Assembly: GCA_017621205.1 (NCBI GenBank)
Contig: JAGATQ010000051.1
Span: forward strand, 1-64,000
Origin: Lachnospira sp.
GTDB taxonomy: Bacteria; Bacillota; Clostridia; Lachnospirales; Lachnospiraceae
Reading direction: 5' to 3'
DNA length: 64,000 nucleotides
Shown here: one piece after another, positions 18,927 to 28,952 of the stretch
How the letters are laid out: the number at the start of each line of letters is the position of its first letter
Position numbering within the stretch: position 1 is the first letter of the stretch
The notes under the pieces: model-generated
The model's database searches: none
The model's input: only the letters and a program-made list of their open reading frames with translations
Told to the model about the DNA's origin: nothing
Translations under genes and position numbers: made by a program

Positions 18927-19622
18927 TCAGTGAAAGCTTTTCATAAAATAAGTAGTCTGTTCTCCCAAATTAAATAGCATATCTAAGATGGATACCCCAT
19001 GAACAAATTCACCATATAACTGGGGGTATTCACTATAACCAGAATAATCCATATATGTAAGTTTAATACCTGCATCAGCAAACATCTGAGGGTGAATATA
19101 GTCTTTCGCTGCCGGTCCTGAAATATATTCATATGCATCTGTTTGTTTGCAAATTCCAACAAGCTTTTCTGTCTTTCCATCATACAAAGTATAGTCAGAG
19201 GAGTATGTTATTTTTGTAGTAATATTAAGAATATCGCAAATTTCAGTTAAAAAAAGATAATTTATTCTGCTTAAATATTTTTCATCCTCACACCGTTTAT
19301 ATAATTCAAAAATTCTGGTCTTATATATATTAAAACATGTAGCTTTTGCATAATTCATCTGCAGGGCATTCCAATGTTCCATACACCATTTTGAAGATAC
19401 TATTTCTGTTTCTCTGATTTTCTGTTCAAAGCGTCCCTTTGTTACAACAGGAATCGTTAACCACATTATACCATGTTGTGTTTTAATGAGATTTCTGTTA
19501 CGCCAGTCTCTCTTTGTATATTGCATATCATCATATAGCACAAACTCGTCAACCATGTTAATCATGTCAAAATATCCCTTCCACGGAATATAATTCGACT
19601 GTAATATTGCGATTTTTTTCAT
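18927..19622 (-). CDS. WbqC-family protein (glycan-locus accessory enzyme of unknown activity).
   Basis: N-terminus MKKIAILQSNYIPWKGYFDMINMVDEFVLYDDMQYTKRDWRNRN is the hallmark WbqC family signature. Confidence 0.75.
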   Translation of the reverse strand: MKKIAILQSNYIPWKGYFDMINMVDEFVLYDDMQYTKRDWRNRNLIKTQHGIMWLTIPVVTKGRFEQKIRETEIVSSKWCMEHWNALQMNYAKATCFNIYKTRIFELYKRCEDEKYLSRINYLFLTEICDILNITTKITYSSDYTLYDGKTEKLVGICKQTDAYEYISGPAAKDYIHPQMFADAGIKLTYMDYSGYSEYPQLYGEFVHGVSILDMLFNLGEQTTYFMKSFH

Positions 19623-19635
19623 AACGTTTCCTCTC

Positions 19636-20970
19636 TTAATAAATTATCTGGTTTGGATGTAGAGAAGTGCCGTTTTCCTTCCACTTTTTTTTGAAACCGG
19701 ACAACTCTTCTTCTGTATAAAAATGTCTTATAGAGTCTCCCGCATAATAATAATCAATCAAGTCTTCTGGAATCTCTAAAGCCTGCTTGCATTTCTTATA
19801 AAGATAACTATAGGGCTTATCATTACCTATATTACTGTTATGTAAAGAAAATTCCTTTACTCCAAGAAAATCAGCTATATATTCAGTGCACTCATTCAAT
19901 TTTTCCAATTTTATAACCATACATTCCACATTGTTTTGCCTAATGATAGAATATCCTTTTTCTTTGTCGAAGGGGTGGACATATACATCAATATTAAAAA
20001 TTTCCTTCAACTCAAAATCGAACCAAGAAAAAAGCCATGGCCTGTTTCTGTCAAAATTACTGTTTTTTAGTAACGCTGCCACTGGTTTTAAGTCTGCATC
20101 AGTTAGTCCATCACAGCCATTATACAACGTTTCAATTATTCCCGATGTGAGCTGATAGGATAAATGTTGATACCAGTCTCTTGTTAAATCGGTGATTGAT
20201 TGAAAAATACTGGAAATATCTCTCGCAAGAGGGTCTCTGACCAGTGTTATAATTCTTATTTTTTCTTTGGAAGAAATAATTCTTTGAATTTTTTGCAAAT
20301 ACTCTAAGGACTCCTCTGGTGGTATACCATTCATCCATGGATGAAAATAATGAATATGAATGGAACCACATCCAACTGCTTCCAGACTTTTCATAATGGT
20401 AGAAGAGCCTACCTTTCTTCCCTGATATACAAGGACAGCATCACTTTCCATAAAACGAATAATTTTTCTCCCATAGCAATGTTGAAGATATCCTTGATAC
20501 TCAACTTTTTTAAAATTAATATATCTGGTATATTGTTCGTTGTACCATTGGGAAAATGATAGTTCCATCTTAGGGTTGTTCCTGTTTAATACAAAGGCTG
20601 TACGAAACCCAAATGGGGTCACAAAATTCAGATTATCACATATCACTAAACAATCTTCTATAATTTCCTTTACAAAGGTAGAGCAGATAAGAATGATTGT
20701 ACTTTCCACAGGGATAGATTGAATTACATGTTCAAATTTTTCAATACGCCATTCATGGAAAAAACCTCCTATTTTTTTGTCAGAGCCATCACAACATGCG
20801 ATTACATTCAATCCCACTTTTTTAATCAAAGAATACATACGCTCAGCTAATGAAGCAATTCCATAAAGAATAATATTATGTTGGTATAATATCTCTATGT
20901 TTTCAATTATTTCATAATCTAATACGTTACCTTCCATGTTGAGTATTTTCCCTCCAATGTATTTATTCAC
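19636..20970 (-). CDS. N-terminal PglD_N-like module plus C-terminal sulfotransferase-like domain.
   Basis: N-terminus: IILYGIASLAERMYSLI...VIACCDGSDKKIGG. C-terminus: a candidate 5'-PSB loop GRKVGSSTI and a 3'-PB-like ITLVRDPLARDIS (R-D-P-x-x-R-x-x-S). Confidence 0.5.
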   Translation of the reverse strand: MNKYIGGKILNMEGNVLDYEIIENIEILYQHNIILYGIASLAERMYSLIKKVGLNVIACCDGSDKKIGGFFHEWRIEKFEHVIQSIPVESTIILICSTFVKEIIEDCLVICDNLNFVTPFGFRTAFVLNRNNPKMELSFSQWYNEQYTRYINFKKVEYQGYLQHCYGRKIIRFMESDAVLVYQGRKVGSSTIMKSLEAVGCGSIHIHYFHPWMNGIPPEESLEYLQKIQRIISSKEKIRIITLVRDPLARDISSIFQSITDLTRDWYQHLSYQLTSGIIETLYNGCDGLTDADLKPVAALLKNSNFDRNRPWLFSWFDFELKEIFNIDVYVHPFDKEKGYSIIRQNNVECMVIKLEKLNECTEYIADFLGVKEFSLHNSNIGNDKPYSYLYKKCKQALEIPEDLIDYYYAGDSIRHFYTEEELSGFKKKWKENGTSLHPNQIIY

Positions 20971-21196
20971 CTTAAAATTTACATTGTAGATAAAATGTAA
21001 TATTCATATATATTATTTAACTAGTCCATATATCGGCATTTTGCTATCTTATAATAACATATATCCATCAAAAATGACACCATTTTCCCATTATAACAAT
21101 TTTTTCCGTAAACATCATCTTCATGCCAAATTAAAAGTAAACTAATTCCAGTTTCTGACATTTTAAAATTGTAAAAAAATCTCTCTATTTATTCAT

Positions 21197-22516
21197 CTAT
21201 TCCAGCCAATGCTCCTTATAATCATAAATATTAATAATTCTGTCTTCCTCGCATAATTCTTCTGATTTAATTTGCTCAATAATTTGATTATTGTAACTAT
21301 TCGCTATTATGACAAGACACTCTGGATTCTCCCGAATGGCATCCGGAGTTTTTATTTCACGCTCCATAAATTTCTTGCCCTGCTTAGCAGGATTATTATC
21401 AACAAAAAACGTATCTTCATTGATTGGAATACCATACTGTTCAATAATTTTGTAAGCAGCCGAACCAGTTCCCCATATAACAATCTGTTTGCTCACTATC
21501 TCGCTATACTTCTTCAGTGAAAATGGTTTTCTGGCATATATAGAAGGCATATCGTGTTCCTGCAGCCATTGTGTAACTGTTTTTGCATACTGCATATATT
21601 GTTCTGATAATTTCGGTATATCGCCTGAAACCAATGCCAGATGATATTCTTTTATTGCCCCGATATATAATTTCTTAATAAGCGCAAAATACCTTTCTAC
21701 GTGTTCCCTGCCAAAAAATTCATAATAACCAACATAGGCAAATGCTGCCCGCATGCTCTTCTCATACATGGAATATGCAGATGCAAGACCATTACCATGA
21801 TATCGGTAATATCCGATACATTCATTTACAAAATATGCCTTCCCCCTCTTAAGATGAAGCAGATTTCTAAAAGTATCTGCACGGGAGGTCTGTTCAAATT
21901 GAGAGCCTACTAATTGCCTGTATTCCTCCGGAACCCCATTAGAAAAATAAACATTCCGATATATACTGGCTAACGTGTTAGAAAGAAGTTCCTTATTCAT
22001 TAAAAAATCATCATAGGTACTTGTAACGGATGTGATACCCGGACGGTGATATCTCAACTCGACGGTTCCGTCATTGAAAAGCTTATACTCGTTAGCACCA
22101 TATATTGTATAATCCTGATGTTCCTCTAAAAAATCTACACCCTTTTGAAGCCAATCCATATCTGACCAATAATCATCTGGATCTATCAAGCAAAAATATT
22201 CACTATCCATTCTTTCTAAGGCTTTTAAAACATTGCGAAATAACTTACAATTTTCTTTAGCATATATCGCAAGAAATTTTTCAGGGTATTTTTTTTCATA
22301 TTCTGCAATTATTTCCACCGAGTTGTCTCTGGAACAATCATCTGTAACAATTATCTGATAATCAAAATTGACCTTCTGTCCCAGTATAGAATCAAATGTC
22401 TGACTAATATATTGACCATTATTATATGATGGTATGATAATCGTCATTTTATATTTATGTGTACTCATACCTCTACCTCTTTTCTTAACTATTATATTAC
22501 TTAAAAAGTTATCCAC
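21197..22516 (-). CDS. Glycosyltransferase family 2, with C-terminal PglD_N-like module.
   Basis: MTIIIPSYNNGQYISQTFDSILGQ...VTDDCSRDNS...IDPDD (GT2 DxD). C-terminus: IVIWGTGSAAYKIIEQYG...FFVDNNPAKQGKKF. Confidence 0.8.
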   Translation of the reverse strand: MDNFLSNIIVKKRGRGMSTHKYKMTIIIPSYNNGQYISQTFDSILGQKVNFDYQIIVTDDCSRDNSVEIIAEYEKKYPEKFLAIYAKENCKLFRNVLKALERMDSEYFCLIDPDDYWSDMDWLQKGVDFLEEHQDYTIYGANEYKLFNDGTVELRYHRPGITSVTSTYDDFLMNKELLSNTLASIYRNVYFSNGVPEEYRQLVGSQFEQTSRADTFRNLLHLKRGKAYFVNECIGYYRYHGNGLASAYSMYEKSMRAAFAYVGYYEFFGREHVERYFALIKKLYIGAIKEYHLALVSGDIPKLSEQYMQYAKTVTQWLQEHDMPSIYARKPFSLKKYSEIVSKQIVIWGTGSAAYKIIEQYGIPINEDTFFVDNNPAKQGKKFMEREIKTPDAIRENPECLVIIANSYNNQIIEQIKSEELCEEDRIINIYDYKEHWLE

Positions 22517-22534
22517 ACATAAACAAGCGTACTT

Positions 22535-23620
22535 TTATTCTGTATAATACTCCATCACCTGTTCTAAAATAATATCCCATGTATATTTTTGACTGGCATA
22601 GTTCCTCATATCATCAACATAAAAGTTATGCTTTTTAAGCTGATTATAAAAATCAATAATCTCCTTCATATTAATGGGCTGACTATCATTAGACACCTTT
22701 AAAACATAGCTTTCTTCTCCACTAAAACCGCCATCATCATATCCATAAACAAACGGAATACCTCTTGCACAATAATCCCCTGATTTAATCGGAGTGGCAT
22801 ATGTCATATTTTTTTTGTATAATCCCAACACCCCAATAGCGATATCTGCCTCATCATACAATCGGTTTAGTTTTTCCCCCTCTATACGTCCCAATAATTC
22901 AACATGCTCCTGCAATTGATATTTCTCTGTCAACTGTAAATACTTATCCGTTTCTGTCCCTTCCCCAACTAAGCGTAAAATTATGTTTACCGTTCCATTC
23001 TTTGCGTAATAATCTGCCATCCCCTCAATTACTCTCTCATATCCATGCCAATAACTCATGGCGGCAACCGCAATTAATACAATAGTTCCATCTGGTTTTC
23101 TAATATTATGTACCGGATATTCCTCTAAATCAACACCATTTATTAATGGAATACATGGAATGCCAAAAACAGTATCACAATTCAAATATGTTGTACATTG
23201 TTCCAGATAAGCAGCCAGCTGCTCTCTATAATACTGATCCTCGATTCTTACTCTATTATTAGATATCTCAGCATCATAGGGAATTGTCGGAAATTCCAAA
23301 ACGCTTTTCACATTTTTTCCTTTTAGTTCTTTTATAAACTCAATAAACCATTTATCCGACATATTATAACGGATGTATGTCCTCTGTATTCCATACTTTT
23401 TTATCCATTCCAAAATCCATTGATTACATTCCTGCTTTGTAATTGCCAATTCCTTTTCCAATATTTTCCCATCCGACATCAGATATACCATTTGTCCACT
23501 ATGCGAAGTATAATAGACAGGAGAAAACTTTTTTTCAAACACCTTTATCTGGGCAAACACCTTTTTTTTAATTCCTATATATCCCTTGGAAAACAAATCC
23601 ACCAGTATAATATATATCAT
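22535..23620 (-). CDS. Putative glycosyltransferase (GT-B / GT1-GT4-like).
   Basis: The C-terminal region (VGEGTE...LGRIEGEKLNRLYDEADIAIGV...GIPFV) resembles a GT-B sugar-donor-binding domain. Assignment is weak. Confidence 0.4.
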   Translation of the reverse strand: MIYIILVDLFSKGYIGIKKKVFAQIKVFEKKFSPVYYTSHSGQMVYLMSDGKILEKELAITKQECNQWILEWIKKYGIQRTYIRYNMSDKWFIEFIKELKGKNVKSVLEFPTIPYDAEISNNRVRIEDQYYREQLAAYLEQCTTYLNCDTVFGIPCIPLINGVDLEEYPVHNIRKPDGTIVLIAVAAMSYWHGYERVIEGMADYYAKNGTVNIILRLVGEGTETDKYLQLTEKYQLQEHVELLGRIEGEKLNRLYDEADIAIGVLGLYKKNMTYATPIKSGDYCARGIPFVYGYDDGGFSGEESYVLKVSNDSQPINMKEIIDFYNQLKKHNFYVDDMRNYASQKYTWDIILEQVMEYYTE

Positions 23621-24036
23621 TGCTCCACCATTCCTTCCAAAAATTCTCCCAAAAACAAAAGCTGTTTTTCATCAATCCGTTTTGATAAATCGTCCTTTAT
23701 CCTTTGATAATATTTTACCGGAGTAATAATTATTTTTTCACCAGCGTACTCCTCCATTAAATCATCAAAGGAAATTGCCCGGATTCCCTTGACATTCACA
23801 GATAGTCCGCCATTTTTATCTACTACCGCTTTCACATCCACCATAGTATGAATCGCATTATATAGCTGCACTCCCAGATAGCCACCACCATAGATATAGA
23901 GAGATTGAATATGAAACAATTCTAACCGTTCCTTCATCCACTCCGTCTCTAACATCCTTCCCATCATATTATAACAGGAGGACTCAATCCTATAATCCTT
24001 TACATATAAATCAAAAAGCTCTTCTTCAAAATTCAT
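23617..24036 (-). CDS. Stand-alone PglD_N-like small Rossmann module protein.
   Basis: The 139-aa protein consists essentially of the module LYIYGGGYLGVQLYNAI...VKAVVDKNGGLSVNVKGIRAI...KIIITP. The same module is fused to seven other enzymes in the locus. Confidence 0.4.
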   Translation of the reverse strand: MNFEEELFDLYVKDYRIESSCYNMMGRMLETEWMKERLELFHIQSLYIYGGGYLGVQLYNAIHTMVDVKAVVDKNGGLSVNVKGIRAISFDDLMEEYAGEKIIITPVKYYQRIKDDLSKRIDEKQLLFLGEFLEGMVEQ

Positions 24037-24074
24037 TTATAATCACCTCATCACGAAACATCTGGAGGGTTTTG

Positions 24075-25391
24075 TTACCATTTCACCTTTCCCATTGTTC
24101 CTTCTTTATAATCTTTAAATGCCTTATCAATTGCTGCCTTATGCTTATCCACATCGATATCTACTTCCACATTTTTTTGAATCTTTGTTACACTATCCTC
24201 ACATTCACGTGCAAAGACCGGATCCAGCGATTGATATTTATCAGATAAGTATAAATTATTACGACAAATATAATAATATCGGTCTGAAGAATATTTGTTA
24301 ATGACCATTTTCTTTCCATCTACAAATCTGTATTCCACATTCTCATCCTGTATATTATGCTTTAAAAAAGCATTATTTATCTTAATAACACTGTAACCAT
24401 GTAACCGCATTCTAACACAATATTCATAATCTACCGGGTCAATAAACAATGCTTCATCATAGCCACCAACCTCTTTTAAAACTATGAGATTATGCATGGC
24501 ACCACTTTGATATACCTTATCAAAATAGGTATAGCAGCAGTCAAAAACAATATGTTCCTCCTGTGTAATATTAGGAGCAATGATTCCGACTCTTTCATCA
24601 CACATCTTACTTTGTGCAAATGCAATCATCCGCTCCATCATGCAATTTCCTGCTTTACTATCCTGATCAAAAGTGAATAACCAATCTATTCCCTGAGAAA
24701 GGGCTTTTTTAGCTACCGTATTAATAGGCTCCGATAATCCTGCATTGTCCTGATTAGCAATATAACATACATGCTGTAGCCCTTTTAACTTTGCAATCAA
24801 TTTCTCATTCGGTGTTCTGGAATTATCATAAATGTACAAAATATCGACATCATTGGCGTATGTAATAATATTGTCGTATACAGCTAGATTCGGATTATAA
24901 AGTATGGTTACCGCCGCTACGTTTACGTTCCGCACTGCCTTTAAATCTATCTGTTCTTTTTCCAATACCCTTTTCTCATCCAGATTGCCTAGTATAATAT
25001 TATCAATATTAATTACATCCACCTGTATCCCTGCATGAGTCAATGCTTCCTTTATATCCATTTCGTAAATGCTGTTCATTACGAATACAACATCTGCATT
25101 TACATTATGATAATCAACAATTTCATGTCCCGTTTGGAGTTTTGTTCCATATTTTTTTTCATTTTTATCAAATACATAATGGATTCTTTCTCTCCTCGGG
25201 TCATATACATTTAAAAAAGCGATTCCTCTTTCGCCTGCACCCCAGACAGCAATTGTCTTATTTGACTTAATCAATGTCATTATAATTTTTTCAATAGTCT
25301 TTTTTTTCCCCTCGAAATAGTGTTCATATATATTTCCTGAACGCAATTCATTCATCCCCTTCCTCATTAAGTCAAATTCAAAGGTGTCCAA
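24075..25391 (-). CDS. N-terminal PglD_N-like module plus glycosyltransferase family 2 domain.
   Basis: N-terminus: IAVWGAGERGIAFLN...YVFDKNEKKYGTKL. Core: LFTFDQDS, DPVDYEYCVRMRLHG (GT2). Confidence 0.7.
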   Translation of the reverse strand: MDTFEFDLMRKGMNELRSGNIYEHYFEGKKKTIEKIIMTLIKSNKTIAVWGAGERGIAFLNVYDPRRERIHYVFDKNEKKYGTKLQTGHEIVDYHNVNADVVFVMNSIYEMDIKEALTHAGIQVDVINIDNIILGNLDEKRVLEKEQIDLKAVRNVNVAAVTILYNPNLAVYDNIITYANDVDILYIYDNSRTPNEKLIAKLKGLQHVCYIANQDNAGLSEPINTVAKKALSQGIDWLFTFDQDSKAGNCMMERMIAFAQSKMCDERVGIIAPNITQEEHIVFDCCYTYFDKVYQSGAMHNLIVLKEVGGYDEALFIDPVDYEYCVRMRLHGYSVIKINNAFLKHNIQDENVEYRFVDGKKMVINKYSSDRYYYICRNNLYLSDKYQSLDPVFARECEDSVTKIQKNVEVDIDVDKHKAAIDKAFKDYKEGTMGKVKW

Positions 25392-25392
25392 A

Positions 25393-26547
25393 TCAAAAGA
25401 TATACTCTATATGTAATTCTTCAAGCTGCCTGCAAACTTCTTCACGGAATTGTACAGATATACCAAGTAATACACATACATTCTGTTCTTGTGAGATTTC
25501 CCCCAATTCATATATTTTATGCTCATGACAATATTCTTTATCCTTATGCCCATTTGACACTATATGCCCCTCATATGTTACCTCAAGCAGTTCTAAAAAA
25601 CGGACTATTCTGTCAGATGCTTTACCAGTTCCATAAATGTACAATCTCTTTTTAGCCAAGACTGCTTTCATCAGTTCTTCATAATTGCTAAAGCTCTCAA
25701 ACATTTCTTTTTTATGTTGTATGTGCAAATCAGCTAAATGCTTTCCTTCAAATTTTTCCCTTTCTCTTTTTAAAGTAACATAAAACTCTATACTATTTTT
25801 TTCAGTAGTTATCTCATCAATTTTAAAATCTATATATCCCAAAATATTCAATTGATAAATCAATATTTCAAATGATTTGGGGGTAAATACACCAGAATGC
25901 ATATCACAATATTTTTCATCGCTGTATTCTTTGATGCTTGAATCCATATCATCTAACCAATCATTATTTTCATCCCATCTAAACGTCATATCTTTATCAA
26001 AATATATCCCGCTATTAGGCACATAGGTACCATTTTCTTTTACACGAACCTGATTCAACAGGACGTCAATCATTGTCCCAATGGAATGATTATTGGCCTT
26101 TGTTCTATATACATGGTTATCAATCACTGTTCTAATTGATACCTCTTCTCTAAAATAATCAAACTCATATCTCTTATCAGGAATAACTAATTTAATTTTC
26201 CCATCATCCTTTAATAATGTTGAACAATCATTTATAAACTCGATTATGTCAACAACATGCTCAATCAAGTGCGAAGCTGCAATAACATCATAGTAACCTT
26301 TTTTCCCTATTGAAGATGCGTAATGCCTCGCAACTACAAAATCAACCTCTTCAATTTTATCAGCGTCATATCCTATGCTATCCTTATACTTTTGCCTCAA
26401 TTCTTCACCGGACAAGTAGTCCGCTATTTCTACATTATATCCATCGGATTTAGGATACATGGGAAAACACAACGGACCTATCTCTAATATTAAGCTATCC
26501 TTATCAACCCCTCTACATGCAAATTCTTTTTTTATTTTGTTCATCAT
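25393..26547 (-). CDS. Methyltransferase-like domain protein with C-terminal PglD_N-like module.
   Basis: N-terminus: LEIGPL...DVIAASHLIEHVVD...DDGKIKLVIPD, class-I MTase-like. C-terminus: LYIYGTGKASDRIVRFLE... Confidence 0.45.
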   Translation of the reverse strand: MMNKIKKEFACRGVDKDSLILEIGPLCFPMYPKSDGYNVEIADYLSGEELRQKYKDSIGYDADKIEEVDFVVARHYASSIGKKGYYDVIAASHLIEHVVDIIEFINDCSTLLKDDGKIKLVIPDKRYEFDYFREEVSIRTVIDNHVYRTKANNHSIGTMIDVLLNQVRVKENGTYVPNSGIYFDKDMTFRWDENNDWLDDMDSSIKEYSDEKYCDMHSGVFTPKSFEILIYQLNILGYIDFKIDEITTEKNSIEFYVTLKREREKFEGKHLADLHIQHKKEMFESFSNYEELMKAVLAKKRLYIYGTGKASDRIVRFLELLEVTYEGHIVSNGHKDKEYCHEHKIYELGEISQEQNVCVLLGISVQFREEVCRQLEELHIEYIF

Positions 26548-26612
26548 AACAATCCTTCCTGTTTACAAACAAATATCCTCTGTCATCATCTCAATGCACT
26601 CTACAATATCAA

Positions 26613-28952
26613 TCACACTGAATATATCCTCGGCTCTCTCTCCAAACCCTCATAACACTCCAATATAAAATCAGCTATCTCACTGATAGAAAACAGCGAC
26701 GTCACAATATAGGTATCATTGCCCCTTCTCATTGCCTCATAAAGCCCCATCACCTCAACACCTTCTTTCAAGGTGCCCCAAATGGATTCCTTCCTGTCAA
26801 TAAAACAGGTCACACCAATATGGTACATCTGGCAAAGGAAATAAAACTGTCTTCCGTTCTCCCCTGCACCATATAGGGCAATCTCTTTGATGCCGTCTGC
26901 CTGCACCTGCTCCACGACCTCCTGCATGGATTTGATAATTTCATTCTGGGAACCATTTTTCAGTGCTCTTCTGACATAGTAAAATTCGTCCAGCAGCGTT
27001 ACGGTTCCCTTGGGCCATGTAATATTGCTGTTTTGATAAGTGTAGCTTACATTGCACTTGTCGATGAAATCTACACCCTTTTCTCTTGCCAGAGCAAGGT
27101 GCTCCTCAGTAATAATCCCCTTTTTATAATTCGTTCCAAAATTGGTATCTGCCTCAAAATCTGCCAAAAGCTCTGCCTCTTCTTTTCGTGGCATATCAAT
27201 CAACCGATGGAGTATCATAAACGTTTCCCTTCGGTTTGCAAGACAGGCATCTGCAATATCCGGCTTTCTTCTTCGAAATGCAAACCAATATTTTTGGAAA
27301 GTAAATGCGCCTTCAAAAGCTATATTTGTGAAATGTTCATTATCTACCCCTGCTGACTGCAATGGAACAATGACATCCTTCTGTCTTTCATAGCCTATGG
27401 TGCTGCCCTCCGTCACTGAAATGAGTTTTTCCAAGACATCCGTCGTCCGGTGAATGGTAGGAATCAAATCCCGGTTTTCTGCAAAGGTGCCAAACATTCC
27501 TTCAAAATCCAGACCATTATAAAGCCGTTCTTCCGTTACCCCTACTGCAAGAAAATGCTTCATTCTATGTGGTACCTGTTCTATCGTAAGGCACTGCTCC
27601 ATCCACATTTGTATCCTGCCAAAAAAGCCAATATCTATCGTAGCGATACCATCCATATCTCCTATTTCCTGCTTTAAATAATCCACCAGCTTTCGTCGTT
27701 CCTGCTCTATATATGTTTCAATCTGTCTGACATTCTTTTCCTCAAGGAAACGATTAATAATATACTCCTTTAATGTCCCCTTCCCATATTCCATTCTATG
27801 GGTTTCTTTATGCTTTACATCAAGATATTCCTTTATTTCAGAAAAATCACTCTCAGCAAGTCCCATTAACTGAAGCGATTCCCGAATCGTTAAATTTCTG
27901 GCTCCAATCATGTTCTCAATTTCTTCCCGGGTTACCATAGTAATAGATGGAATATAGGTAACCTTTCGGGATACATAAATCGGATGAACTGTAAGCTCAA
28001 GACCCAGCTCCTTCGCTTCCCTCTTTAACAGCTCTCCAAGCAGGTATCCTTCTCTCATCAACGGATATATTCTCGTAATATGAAGCTTTTGCAGACGCTT
28101 TACAACCCACGATATGTATAAGGAAAGCACCGGACCTGTCACCGCAGCGCCCAACTCATAGGCTGTTTTTTCCCTGCCTTCATAAGAAGAAGCTGCCATA
28201 CACATTTTACGCAGAGACAGTATTCCCGGCTGTGGTACATTATGTCTGATTTTTTCATAGTCAAAAATACTGTATAGCCTGTCTGGTATCGCATCGTAAT
28301 GAAATGCCTGCATCCCACGCTTTAACGGTTGCTCATAATCTGCATTTTTATTATCACCAATATGTAGCATATCCTTAGGCAAAATATCCGGATATTTTTG
28401 AAAGAGAATATCAAATAATTCTCCGGTTTGCTTATTGCACTTATATTCATTAGAGACAATGATATCATCAAACATTGCCGTCTCTATCTGGTTAGCAGTC
28501 AAGATATCCCGAATGGTATCACTGCTAAGATACATATCGGATACGAGAACAAGGATACATCCTTTGCTTTTCATTTTACGAAGCCAATCCAGAATAACAA
28601 AATTAGGATAGCAGTATTTCTTTTCCAACTCTATTTCTAATTCCTTTAAAGCAGTAAGGTCCTTCGCAATATAATCGGGATACATCTGATAGATGTCCTC
28701 TAAGGTGACCTCCCGGCAAACTGCATTCGTGCGGGCTCTTCTTTCCATCTCTGCCCGAAATTTCATATACTCCTTCGGATACATACTTGTCTTAGCAATA
28801 TCTCTTTGTTCTGCTTCCTTCCATACCAACTCAAACAAGTCGACCGGTTTTGCTACCGCCCGAAGCAATAACGTATCAAATATATCTACACTGATTAACT
28901 GATAGTCCTCTACTCCTGGTAATGTCACTGTCTCTCCTCCTACCCATCCCAC
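26613..28952 (-). CDS. Large HAD-superfamily (haloacid dehalogenase-like) domain protein with C-terminal PglD_N-like module. Possibly a phosphatase or phosphotransferase of the glycan pathway.
   Basis: HAD motif I, ISVDIFDTLLLRA (DxDT), and motif IV-like HIGDNKNAD. C-terminus: IALYGAGENGRQFYFLCQ...FIDRKESIWG. The middle 400 aa has no recognisable motifs. Confidence 0.5.
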   Translation of the reverse strand: MGWVGGETVTLPGVEDYQLISVDIFDTLLLRAVAKPVDLFELVWKEAEQRDIAKTSMYPKEYMKFRAEMERRARTNAVCREVTLEDIYQMYPDYIAKDLTALKELEIELEKKYCYPNFVILDWLRKMKSKGCILVLVSDMYLSSDTIRDILTANQIETAMFDDIIVSNEYKCNKQTGELFDILFQKYPDILPKDMLHIGDNKNADYEQPLKRGMQAFHYDAIPDRLYSIFDYEKIRHNVPQPGILSLRKMCMAASSYEGREKTAYELGAAVTGPVLSLYISWVVKRLQKLHITRIYPLMREGYLLGELLKREAKELGLELTVHPIYVSRKVTYIPSITMVTREEIENMIGARNLTIRESLQLMGLAESDFSEIKEYLDVKHKETHRMEYGKGTLKEYIINRFLEEKNVRQIETYIEQERRKLVDYLKQEIGDMDGIATIDIGFFGRIQMWMEQCLTIEQVPHRMKHFLAVGVTEERLYNGLDFEGMFGTFAENRDLIPTIHRTTDVLEKLISVTEGSTIGYERQKDVIVPLQSAGVDNEHFTNIAFEGAFTFQKYWFAFRRRKPDIADACLANRRETFMILHRLIDMPRKEEAELLADFEADTNFGTNYKKGIITEEHLALAREKGVDFIDKCNVSYTYQNSNITWPKGTVTLLDEFYYVRRALKNGSQNEIIKSMQEVVEQVQADGIKEIALYGAGENGRQFYFLCQMYHIGVTCFIDRKESIWGTLKEGVEVMGLYEAMRRGNDTYIVTSLFSISEIADFILECYEGLEREPRIYSV

